NCBI GenBank assembly: GCA_051294375.1
Contig: CM119263.1
Span: 4,786,360 to 4,850,359, forward strand
Source: Paraspadella gotoi
Taxonomy: Eukaryota; Animalia; Chaetognatha
DNA: 64,000 nucleotides
Direction of reading: 5' to 3'
Below are positions 52,787 to 64,000 of this stretch, piece after piece. Each line of letters opens with the position of its first letter. Position 1 is the first letter of the stretch. The notes under the pieces were generated by a model that saw nothing but the letters and a program-made list of their open reading frames with translations, was not told the origin of the DNA and made no database searches. The translations under genes and the position numbers were made by a program.

Positions 52787-52986
52787 GGATCGGATCGACC
52801 TTATGCCAGCCCAGCGGATACCGACGATAAGGAGAGAGAGGAAGCAGGAGAAGAAAGCAGATAAGATATGTAGCCGAGGAGCCAAGTAAGTCCGAGCTCA
52901 GCGAGGAGAAGCCGAGCTGCCGCCGCGCGTGCTATTGCTCACCGGAGGGCTGGCGCTTTTTTTCGAGGCTTCTGAGTTAAAGCCAT
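52787..52986 (-). CDS. Putative first exon of the same signal-peptide protein (copy 2)
   Basis: Begins ATG GCT TTA ACT CAG AAG CCT CGA AAA AAA. It is followed by a 50-nt gtgagc...cccctcatag intron (52786-52737) and a second exon-like segment to about 52590. Confidence 0.4.
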
Positions 52987-53047
52987 GGCTCTCTTCTCTC
53001 TCTTCTCTCTCTGCTCTCTCTTCTCTCTCTCTCTCCTCTTTTCTCTG

Positions 53048-53080
<33 letters not shown>

Positions 53081-53527
53081 TCTCTCCGTTCTACTCTCTC
53101 TTTTCTTCATTTCTCTCTCTCATCTTCCTTTTTTTTCATTTTCTCCCCCCTTGTTTTTCTTTCTTCCTTTTTTCCTCTTCCTTTCTCTTTCTTCTGCTCT
53201 CTTGTCTTTGTCTTTCTCTTTCTCTTTCTCTCTTCTCTCTTCTTGGTTTCTCTCTCCTGTGTGTAGGTTAGTCTTCTTCTTCTTGCTTTTTTCCTCTCTG
53301 CATCGAGTACCAAGAAAATACACCGTAAAATATATCTTCTGTGCCTTCCCTATATTTTGAGAATCCGTGATGAAATTGGAAATCTCCTCTTCTTTCACTT
53401 TTCACTTACCCTCTCGCTCCTTATTAATTTAGTTCACAAACACTGTGTGTGAAATACTACTAAACTCTTTTATCCATATATTCTTATCCTTCAGCCTAGC
53501 TTCTTCTCTCTTCTCTCTCTCTCTGCC

Positions 53528-53560
<33 letters not shown>

Positions 53561-54560
53561 TCTCCTCTCTACTCTCCCTGCTATCTTATTCTTTTTTGAA
53601 CTGCCTTTTTGCAATCTTGCAATAGCTGCATTCAGACCCATCAGGAATTGGGAAACATGTTAGGTGACTCTCCCAATATTTGTGGCCTATCGTCGCGTTT
53701 TTAAACTCGTTTGACCTATTTAAAAATATATTAAATTATAAAAAATATATTATATATATAAAAAGAGAATATGAAGTAACTACAATAAAAGTAAGAGTGT
53801 AAATAAAGAATAAGTATATATATATCATATATATATATTATACTAAATAAATGATATAATATATATATATATATATATAATCTATAATATACCTATATAC
53901 TGTATTCGCAAATCATCTTCTCCTCTTCTATATCATATATACTCGGTATATATATATATATTATAGAGGAATGAATATATATATATATATAGATATTAAG
54001 AGGGAAGGAAAAAAAATGAAGGATATATCACTATAAATGCGTGAAAACAAATGGAATGATGGTGAAAAATGAAATCCCTACTATTTTGAAGGAAAGAAAG
54101 GGGAGGGAAAAGGAAAAAAAATGGAGAGGGAGGGAAAAGGAAAGAAGGACAAGGAGGGGAGGGAAAAATATAGGTTGCTCTGCATTGACTATTGCATGTC
54201 ATTTACTTTTTACAAGCCTCATTATCATTTATTTTGTAAAAACACTTAATAATATAAAAAATTATCAATCTCTTTAAAGACGTGGGTTTGAATACAACCG
54301 CTCCAACCACATTTAAGTAGACAGGCTGTTTGTGCCACACATGATTCATTTTATTTTAGTTTAATGTTAAATAAGTATAGATCGGTAGTCAGTAGAAAAT
54401 AAATTTAACCTATCTATATTTACATATACATAGGAAGGAAAAAGACAAATCAGACAAAGTGACAGACCGACCGAAAAGTGAATGATAAAGTCGCGTCGCG
54501 AAAAACCCATGAAACAACGAAGGAAGGAACCTGAAGAAGATAGAATGAAATGAGAAAGAG

Positions 54561-54665
54561 GATAATTGAAAAGGAGGAAGAAGATTAGAGAGAATTGAAA
54601 AGAAGGAAGAAGATTAGTGAGAATTGAAAAGGAGGAAGAAGATTAGTGAGAATTGGAAAGGAGGA
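54561..54665 (+). repeat. 29-bp minisatellite, about 3.5 copies
   Basis: Units are gagaattgaaaaggaggaagaagattagt. Confidence 0.85.
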
Positions 54666-54721
54666 TAAAAAAAGAATTGAACGAAAGAGGTAGAAAAAAG
54701 AATAAGGTAGCTGGAATTAAA

Positions 54722-54835
<114 letters not shown>

Positions 54836-56453
54836 CCACTAAAGTAGAAAATACTAGTTTACTGTAAGTAAAAGGAACACAAAAATCGAGTTAATTATAA
54901 ATATATTCTAAGAGGGATGAAAAATATAAAAAGAAAGGTAAACGTAGAGCGAGAAGAATTAAGGAGAAGAGAAATTTTACGAGTCTGGTATTNNNNNNNN
55001 NNNNNNNNNNNNNNNNNNNNNNNNNNNNNNNNNNNNNNNNNNNNNNNNNNNNNNNNNNNNNNNNNNNNNNNNNNNNNNNNNNNNNNNNNNNNNNNNNNNN
55101 NNNNNNNNNNNNNNNNNNNNNNNNNNNNNNNNNNNNNNNNNNNNNNNNNNNNNNNNNNNNNNNNNNNNNNNNNNNNNNNNNNNNNNNNNNNNNNNNNNNN
55201 NNNNNNNNNNNNNNNNNNNNNNNNNNNNNNNNNNNNNNNNNNNNNNNNNNNNNNNNNNNNNNNNNNNNNNNNNNNNNNNNNNNNNNNNNNNNNNNNNNNN
55301 NNNNNNNNNNNNNNNNNNNNNNNNNNNNNNNNNNNNNNNNNNNNNNNNNNNNNNNNNNNNNNNNNNNNNNNNNNNNNNNNNNNNNNNNNNNNNNNNNNNN
55401 NNNNNNNNNNNNNNNNNNNNNNNNNNNNNNNNNNNNNNNNNNNNNNNNNNNNNNNNNNNNNNNNNNNNNNNNNNNNNNNNNNNNNNNNNAGGGCCCAGTA
55501 TCCATTTTCCTGCGACCATTTAATGCAAAGCGCCTTTCGTCGGAGGAAATCTTATTTAGTTCCATTGTAAAAGTCCGGGGGTTTGGGTTCTACGGCTGCA
55601 GCTCCGGCCCCTGCTGCTCTTACTGTTACTGCCGCTGCTCCTGCCACCGCTGGCGACTTCGGAAAAAAAAGATGAAAAAAAAGAAAAAAGAAAAAAAGTT
55701 TTACGTCCAATTTTCGTTTCGTCAGGATTTTCCTTTTTAAACATTTTCTTGTAAAACCTCGAAATTGCGCGAAGTTTTACGACGAGAGAAAAAAATATAG
55801 TTTGTGAGGATGAAAACGAAAGCCTTTTGTTTAAGGTTTTTGAGATTTTCGAGATCGACTATTGTTTAAAACGGTTTTTAATAATTCGGCTTTAGTAGTA
55901 ATTAATTAACTATTTAAGTATTTACTAAAAAAAAAGGATTTTGTCTTTTATTTTACTATCAGGTTTAAATTTTTACAATTTTGAAGAATTTCTTTCAACA
56001 GTATTTATTAATTTTTAACATCTTTGCAATGATAGAAATAAAAACTAAGAGGTGTCGACCGGAAGTAAGGTGACGCTGAAACCGCATATCGGGTCGCTGC
56101 GGGGACACGTCCGACTTGGCGGTACGTAGCGGTGCGTAGCGTGTCGTGGCGGCGCTGGGCGTCGCTTGCGGTGAGACCGGAAACTATAACGAGGATAATT
56201 TCCTTCGTGGNNNNNNNNNNNNNNNNNNNNNNNNNNNNNNNNNNNNNNNNNNNNNNNNNNNNNNNNNNNNNNNNNNNNNNNNNNNNNNNNNNNNNNNNNN
56301 NNNNNNNNNNNNNNNNNNNNNNNNNNNNNNNNNNNNNNNNNNNNNNNNNNNNNNNNNNNNNNNNNNNNNNNNNNNNNNNNNNNNNNNNNNNNNNNNNNNN
56401 NNNNNNNNNNNNNNNNNNNNNNNNNNNNNNNNNNNNNNNNNNNNNNNNNNNNN

Positions 56454-56486
<33 letters not shown>

Positions 56487-58477
56487 AGTCCAACGACAAA
56501 AACAAACAACGCGTCAGATTTCTTTTTTTAATTTTTCTTTTTTTTCTCATTTTTCATCTCTTCATGATTCCTTTCCTCCGTTCCTACCTTCTCTTACTCC
56601 TTTCCTCCCTTCCTACCTTTCCATACTCCTTTCCTCCCTTTTTCTTCTCTTTTGTGACTCTCTTGCCTTTTCCCTCTCTTTCATGACTCACTTATATATT
56701 TCTCTCTCTTTTTTTTATTTTCTTCAGTGAAAGTAGAAACATTTTTTTCACTTTTTTTGTTTTTTTCCCNNNNNNNNNNNNNNNNNNNNNNNNNNNNNNN
56801 NNNNNNNNNNNNNNNNNNNNNNNNNNNNNNNNNNNNNNNNNNNNNNNNNNNNNNNNNNNNNNNNNNNNNNNNNNNNNNNNNNNNNNNNNNNNNNNNNNNN
56901 NNNNNNNNNNNNNNNNNNNNNNNNNNNNNNNNNNNNNNNNNNNNNNNNNNNNNNNNNNNNNNNNNNNNNNNNNNNNNNNNNNNNNNNNNNNNNNNNNNNN
57001 NNNNNNNNNNNNNNNNNNNNNNNNNNNNNNNNNNNNNNNNNNNNNNNNNNNNNNNNNNNNNNNNNNNNNNNNNNNNNNNNNNNNNNNNNNNNNNNNNNNN
57101 NNNNNNNNNNNNNNNNNNNNNNNNNNNCGTCGTCGTCGTCGTCGTTGTCATTGGCAACCGAGCGGATACGTTATAACTGGCGTTATGAGCGTTTGACCCG
57201 ATTTTTTACTATTCCTTCCACTTCCTCCTTTATTTCTCTTCGATGNNNNNNNNNNNNNNNNNNNNNNNNNNNNNNNNNNNNNNNNNNNNNNNNNNNNNNN
57301 NNNNNNNNNNNNNNNNNNNNNNNNNNNNNNNNNNNNNNNNNNNNNNNNNNNNNNNNNNNNNNNNNNNNNNNNNNNNNNNNNNNNNNNNNNNNNNNNNNNN
57401 NNNNNNNNNNNNNNNNNNNNNNNNNNNNNNNNNNNNNNNNNNNNNNNNNNNNNNNNNNNNNNNNNNNNNNNNNNNNNNNNNNNNNNNNNNNNNNNNNNNN
57501 NNNTTTTTTTTTTTTTGAGAATCTGAATTTCCCATTTTTTTCCGAAGTTTAGCTGGTGAAATGATAAATCATGTCATTTTTGAATATAATTTTAAAAGAA
57601 AGAAAAAACTTTAAACGGAGCTAAAGTTAGCACGATGTCGCCGTCGTCGTCGTCGTCGTCGTCGCCTTTTGTCATTTTAGTAATGTCTATTGTCATTTTC
57701 CGTCATTTAATAAATAAATTGCTATATATATTTATATATGTATATTTATTTTTTCTTTTATTTTTTTCTCATCGCGAGCCGATTCCCAGGTCGACAGTAA
57801 TCCTTGGTCAAATTATTCATCTAATATTTCGTTTAATTTTAGTCTAATCATTGGTCTATGTCTAAGTATAATCTTTTGTCTAATCCATAGTCAAATCCTC
57901 ATTCTAATCCATAGTCAAATCCTCAATCTAATCCATAGTCTAATTCTTGGTTCAAACTTTCCTTTACTTACTTTTTCTCTCTTCATTCCTCCGCTCTGTT
58001 CCTCCTAACCTTTCCCACTGGAAGGGCCAACTAGGCGACAGCCTGTCAATCTCTGCCCACTTAACTCGCTCCNNNNNNNNNNNNNNNNNNNNNNNNNNNN
58101 NNNNNNNNNNNNNNNNNNNNNNNNNNNNNNNNNNNNNNNNNNNNNNNNNNNNNNNNNNNNNNNNNNNNNNNNNNNNNNNNNNNNNNNNNNNNNNNNNNNN
58201 NNNNNNNNNNNNNNNNNNNNNNNNNNNNNNNNNNNNNNNNNNNNNNNNNNNNNNNNNNNNNNNNNNNNNNNNNNNNNNNNNNNNNNNNNNNNNNNNNNNN
58301 NNNNNNNNNNNNNNNNNNNNNNNNNNNNNNNNNNNNNNNNNNNNNNNNNNNNNNNNNNNNGACAGCCTGTCAATCTCTGCCCACTTAACTCGCTCCAGTC
58401 GCCTGCTCAAGTTTTCGGTTCGAGTTTCCCACTCCACTTTTTTTTCTCTCAATTTCTTGCTCCAGTTCCTTAGGTCC

Positions 58478-59074
58478 TTTACTCCATCGCCATCTCACAT
58501 CCAAAATCCTTTACTCCATCGCCATCTCGCATCCAAACTCCTTTACNNNNNNNNNNNNNNNNNNNNNNNNNAGGATAGTGAGATTGTGGTAGGAGGTTTT
58601 GGATGTGAGATGGCGATTGGAAGTAAAAGGAGTTTGGATGTGAGTTGGGATGGAGTAAAAGGAGTAGCTTGGATGCGGATGAGAATGTTATGCTTGAGAT
58701 GCGAGGTAAAGGATGTTGGATGTGAGATGGCGATAGGAGTAAAGGAGTTTGGATGTGAGATGGCGTGTAGGATTTGGAATGTAAGGAGCGTGAGAGGGTG
58801 GCGTGATTGGCGATGGAGTAAAGGGAAGTTTTGGATGTGAGATGGCGGAGGTAAGTTAAAGGAGTTTGGATGTGAGAATGGCGATGGAGTAAAGGCATTT
58901 TGGATGGTGAGAATGGCCGATGGAGTAAAGGGCCTAAGGAATGGAGGCAAGAATTGGAGAAGAGAAAAAAAGTAGGAAGTGGGAAACTCCGAACCGAAAA
59001 AAATACTTAGAGCAGGCGACTGGAGCGAGTTTAGTGGGGATCCAAACTCCTTTACTCCATCGCCATCTCACATC
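58478..59074. repeat. 32-bp minisatellite (ctcctttactccatcgccatctcacatccaaa) with an orientation switch
   Basis: Forward at 58478-58546 and 59041-59074, reverse-complement at about 58590-58932. Confidence 0.85.
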
Positions 59075-59784
59075 CGAATTTCTTTCACTCTTTCTGTTCT
59101 TCACCCCTTCTACACCCCACCTCCCACCCCCCCTCTTCCACACTCCCATTTTTTTCCTCATTTTGTCCCAAAAAGCGAAAGGAAATGTAAAAGTCTCGGT
59201 TTCTCGTTTATTGCTGCTTTTATTTCTCGCCGTCACGAGAGACCCTTTTCTTTTTTGGGGGGGTGACGCGGCCACGCCCACTATCCCAATCCCCAGCCTC
59301 CCTCTCCCAACTCTCTCGCCGTCAAAGAGGCACGTCCACGGTGACTCGAGAGTTGTTGTTGTCGTTGTTGTTGTCGCTTATTTCTTGTCGCCTTTGACTT
59401 TCGTTCAGAAAATCGTTTGGCTTTTAGTCAAGAAAATTAAACGTCCTATATATTGATTAACTGTTTAATTTTTAATTTGAAGTATTTCGCACTTTAATCT
59501 GATAAATATTTTGGGCGCGCTTTTTATTTTAAACATGTCCATTGAACGCTGTTAAAAAATTTTCTATTAAATGACAGGAGGCAAAAAAAAAAGAAACGAA
59601 AAGAAAAGAAAAGAAAAGAAAAGAAAAGAAAAGAAAAGAAAAAAGGAAAGAAAAGAAAAGAAAAGAAAAGAAAAGAAATGGACTTGGAATAATAGTATAA
59701 CCGTAAACGTGGGGAGCTGTAAAATGAGGGAATGAAGGCAGAGAGACTAAAGAAGGAAAAAAATTAAAAGAAAGAAAGAAAAAA

Positions 59785-59868
<84 letters not shown>

Positions 59869-59994
59869 CGCCATGGTCGATATCCGGTTAAGATAGAAGA
59901 AAAAGAGATTCCTTTCTCAATTGCGTCATATATTTTCAGGTGAAAGAAAAGATGCGAAAAGGTTGACACATTGCAGTCTTTTTTCCAGAGCGGG

Positions 59995-60045
<51 letters not shown>

Positions 60046-60589
60046 CTGTATCAAGTTGTTTTTTTCAGGCCCCAAACAATAACCGAGATTCCTTTCTCAA
60101 ATCCTCTTCAGCCTATGCGTCAGAATCTCGCACTAAATATCCGAATGTTTTTTTTTCTTTTCCTGTTTTGTTTATGTTTTCTTTTCTTTTTTAGCCAAGA
60201 ACCGACGCTTAAAGACGCGACCGACATAAACAAACGTCGCTATCGACGCGACGTCTGATGTTTTTACCGACAATAATTGAATTCGTTACCGACAGAAAGT
60301 TTTGGTTTGTTTGAAAAGATTTTTGGGAGATTTTTTTGGGGGGGTTTTGGTTTTGAGCTCTTGTTTCTTTGTTTTGTCATTTTCTTGCTTTGTTTTTTGT
60401 TGCTTTCTTGCGGTCGGTCGATCTTTTCTGGCCGAAATCCGGCGCGATTAACCGATTCCATCGAAATCTTCTTTCCCATTTATTTTTTAAATTTTTTTAT
60501 ATTTCTTTTTATTTCTCTGTTGACATTTTGTTTGTCTCTTTTCTTCTCGCGGAGCAAAACCGATCGGAAATGACGTCATGGAAAATCAG

Positions 60590-61033
60590 CAAGAGAAAAT
60601 GCCATCATTGCGGCAGTATAAGAAGTGCCATCATTGCCATAACACAGAAAGTGCCATTATTTCTTCATCCTAGGAAGTTCCATAATTGATGGAGCACTAG
60701 AAGCACCATAATTGCTGTCACTATGAAAGTACCATTATTGCTGCACCTAAAGAAGTGGCATCATTGCTGTAGCTCAAGAAGTGGCATCATTGCTGTAATA
60801 CAGAAAGTGCCATTATTTTACAACCTAAAGAAGTGGCATCATTGCTGTAGCTCAAGAAGTGGCATCATTACTGTAGCTCAAGAAGTGGCATCATTGCTGA
60901 AGCTCAAAATATGGCATCATTGCTGTCGCTCAAGAAGGGGCATGATTGCTGTAGCTCAAGAAGTGGCATCATTGCTGTAACTCAAGAAGTGGCATCATTG
61001 CTGTAACTCAAGGAGTGGCATCATTGCTGTAAC
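60590..61033 (+). repeat. 26-bp minisatellite, about 17 copies (aagaagtggcatcattgctgtagctc)
   Basis: Head-to-tail units without spacers, diverged on the left and homogeneous on the right. Confidence 0.93.
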
Positions 61034-61051
61034 GCCGGAAAAAGAGACTCG

Positions 61052-61066
61052 CCGGAAGTGACGTCA
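61052..61066. promoter_or_regulatory. Composite ETS-CRE motif CCGGAAGTGACGTCA
   Basis: Overlapping ETS (CCGGAAGT) and CRE (TGACGTCA) sites. A near copy CGGAAATGACGTCA is at 60565-60578. Confidence 0.45.
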
Positions 61067-61886
61067 CCGACACAAAAAAAAATCGGCGCCAAAAGTCGAT
61101 TCCATTCCGCGTTCGCCTTTTGTTTACTCTTTACTCGTTTGCGACGCGAGAGGGAGAAAGGGAGGCGGAAAAGAGGAGAGGGAAAAAATGGAGGAAGGGA
61201 ATAGAGAGGGGAGGAAGAAGAAGTAGAGGAGAAAACAGATGGGAGAAAGAGAAATGAATAAAGGAGGAAAAGAGGAAAGAAGAAAAGAAGAAAAAGAAGA
61301 GATAACAGGAGAATGGAAAGAAAATAAGCTGGTGGAAAGAATGAATAAAAACGGGAAGTAATAAAAAGAGGAATTTAAAACGGAAACTGCAAAGGAAAAA
61401 GAAAGACTGTAAAGGACCAAGAAAAAGGATTGAAAGGAAATAAAGTGAAAGGAAAGAAAAAAAAGGAGATAAAAAAGAAAGATTAAAGAGGTAAACAACT
61501 CGAAAGATTAGATATTTAAAAAAGAAAAAATGAACAAAGATTAAATTTGTGATTTGATATTTTTTTTAGCGACATTTATTTCATCTTTGAAGAATCTCTC
61601 ACTGAATGAAATATTAGGAATTGAAAAATTAACTTTAGATTAGAGGGTTCACTTATAGAAAGAGAAAAGTTATTTTTTATATTTCTCAAAGACGGAAAAA
61701 CGTAGAAGAAATAAAAAGAATAACTAAGAAATCTTCTGTGAACCAATCGAAAAAATTCGATTGACAAATATTATTTAGTTAACATCTTTATAATAAAAAC
61801 CTTTTTATATGAAAAAGCGATTCTTAACGAGGAAGCGCGGTCTAAACTTGTGGAAGTCGCTTCCACAGGTGAATGAAACCCGACGT

Positions 61887-61918
<32 letters not shown>

Positions 61919-62169
61919 CCCGACGCCGCAGCTGTTTTCTGTCAATTCGAGTTGTTAGTTTGATCCCTTGGGGGAAAAGCTCAAGTGGAAGGGGGAGGAA
62001 TGAGGAGGGTGAGAGGAGAGGAATAATAGACAGACAGACAGACAGACAGACTAGACAACAGAAAACAGAACGGGAGTCATGAATAGGAAGACGTAGTAAG
62101 AAGAGACCAGCCATACTGACAAAAACGGACAAATTATAGCTTGAGAGAAGAGAGAGGAGAAGACGAGAT

Positions 62170-62207
<38 letters not shown>

Positions 62208-63260
62208 GAGAGAGAGAGACGAGAGAAGAGAGAGAGAGAAGAGAGGGAGAGAGGAGAGAGAAAGAGAGCGAGAGAGCCTCCTTCTGTTGCCAAATAAACT
62301 TTTCTTCGTGGGCTGCGACGTCGACAGAGGAACGCGAGGTCAAATAAAACGGAATAGAATTCGAGAGAAGAAAAAAAGATGTCGGCGCAAAAAAAAAATA
62401 TGGCGACCAAACCAGATGGCGCTGCCGAGAATGAAAACAAAATGGCGACGGCGACAGAGAAAGAAACTAATATTAAATTTGGAGAAATAAAATATATACA
62501 TTTATGCATCCATAAATTTATTTAGGATTTTATGCCAAGCTGAAAACAACATTATTTTTAACAAAAATTAAATTTTATTATTCCTTCTTCTCAGTAGTAA
62601 TATATATATATATTTTATATATTTTACCAAAACGATTCGTTCAAAAATTGTCATCTGATGTTATCACTTTTCACTTTTCGGGATATCCTTTCGTTTGTTC
62701 CTCCGTCTTTCACGACCTTTCACCGGATCACTTTTATGTATCTACGATTTTCTAATATTCTGTCAACACCAAAGTTTTCAGCGAGATTATATCTCCAGTT
62801 AAACATTTTCCTCGAAAAAAAAAGATTTTCTTTACTTGAATTAAGTTGGAGCCTTTTTTTAAGAGATCTCAATTGAGGAAGAGCAGAGTTTTAACCGGAT
62901 CTAACTCTCTTTTCCAGATAGATGAGAAAGAGAGAAAGAAAGATAGAAAAGATAGAAAGCTTCTTTTCTTGAGAGGCCAAAAACAAAGACGGAAGAAAGA
63001 TCTAATCAAATAGAGAAAGAAATTAATTTAAAAAAAAATTGTCTTATTTCACCAACTCCCTCGGCCTCCCCCTCTCTCTTCATCTTTTCTCTCCCTCTCC
63101 CTCTCCCTTTCCCTCCCTCTTCCCTCTACTCACGTGACAGTCCCGAAGGCGGTGAAGGCTTGTTTCAAGTTCCTTTCCCTCTCCCTCCCTCCTCTTCCTT
63201 CCTCCTCCTCTCCCTCCCCCTCTCCCTCTCCTTCCCTCCTCCCTCTCTCCCTCTACTCAC

Positions 63261-63348
63261 GTGACAGTCCCGAAGGCGGTGAAGGCTTGTTTCAAGTTAT
63301 CGACTTCGACGTCAGGCGCTAAATCCCCGACGAAAACGTGGAATAACT
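63261..63348 (-). CDS. TIAL1: TIA1/TIAL1 (Rox8)-family RNA-binding protein, exon encoding the first third of RRM2 (RNP2)
   Basis: The minus strand reads ccctcctcag|AG TTA TTC CAC GTT...GTC AC|gtgagt. This 88-nt exon translates as (E)[28 protein letters not shown](T), matching TIA1/TIAR [29 protein letters not shown] in sequence and length. Splice sites are canonical, and the phase-2 end joins the exon at 19009. TIA1 versus TIAL1 cannot be resolved in an invertebrate. Confidence 0.92.
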
Positions 63349-64000
63349 CTGAGGAGGGAGAAGGGGAGGTGAAGGAGAGATGGGGGGAGGAAATGGGGAG
63401 AGGAAAAGGAGGAGGAAGGGCATTAGAAAGGGGAAAAGTGAGAAAAATGGGAGGTAGTGGAGGAAGAGGAAAAACGATGAAAGGAGAGCAAAGGAGAGAA
63501 GGGAAAGAAAGAAAGAAGGGGATGGGAGTGAGAAAAGGGAAGGAGGAAAGGATANNNNNNNNNNNNNNNNNNNNNNNNNNNNNNNNNNNNNNNNNNNNNN
63601 NNNNNNNNNNNNNNNNNNNNNNNNNNNNNNNNNNNNNNNNNNNNNNNNNNNNNNNNNNNNNNNNNNNNNNNNNNNNNNNNNNNNNNNNNNNNNNNNNNNN
63701 NNNNNNNNNNNNNNNNNNNNNNNNNNNNNNNNNNNNNNNNNNNNNNNNNNNNNNNNNNNNNNNNNNNNNNNNNNNNNNNNNNNNNNNNNNNNNNNNNNNN
63801 NNNNNNNNNNNNNNNNNNNNNNNNNNNNNNNNNNNNNNNNNNNNNNNNNNNNNNNNNNNNNNNNNNNNNNNNNNNNNNNNNNNNNNNNNNNNNNNNNNNN
63901 GATGAAAAGAAAAATTGTGAACATTTACCGATTGAACGTCACATACTGCGTTTGTCGGAAAAATCTAAAACATCAAAGTCACAAACAATCAAACATCATT

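Larger units (their letters stand above)
46430..53660. repeat. Direct duplication of about 3.3 kb (about 46430-49770 vs 50372-53660)
   Basis: Collinear, indel-rich copies lie either side of the 25-N gap 50347-50371. Confidence 0.9.

Noticed and set aside
60590-61033. CRISPR-like periodic array
   Set aside because: Units are head-to-tail with no unique spacers, there are no cas genes, and the context is eukaryotic.
62395-62455. YY1/CTCF-like ATGGCG motif cluster (also 23055-23078)
   Set aside because: Short motifs without independent support.

Overview
This is eukaryotic (intron-rich metazoan) genomic DNA from a low-quality, gap-filled assembly. It is dominated by (AG)n, (GAAA)n, (GAC)n and (CAA)n simple repeats. 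It has many N gaps, nine of them exactly 25 N, and several multi-kb near-duplicates that differ mainly by indels, as in long-read gap filling. Almost all ORFs in the supplied track are microsatellite or N artefacts. The one confidently recognisable gene is a minus-strand TIA1/TIAL1 (Rox8)-family RNA-binding protein gene. Its RRM2 is split over exons 63348-63261, 19009-18934 and >14216-14139, so about 44 kb of the window is, as assembled, one intron. Weaker coding signals, all degraded by indels, are: a spliced plus-strand RING-finger-like gene (3.6-8.2 kb), PWWP-like exons (20.2-22.9 kb), a signal-peptide gene seen in two copies (49 and 53 kb), a GNAT-like fragment and three intronless orphan reading frames. 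A 763-bp TRIM-like LTR element with a GTAT target-site duplication is present in one copy of a duplicated segment and absent from the other. I see no CRISPR array, rRNA, tRNA or prokaryotic system. I cannot support a wholly new multi-gene system from this window.
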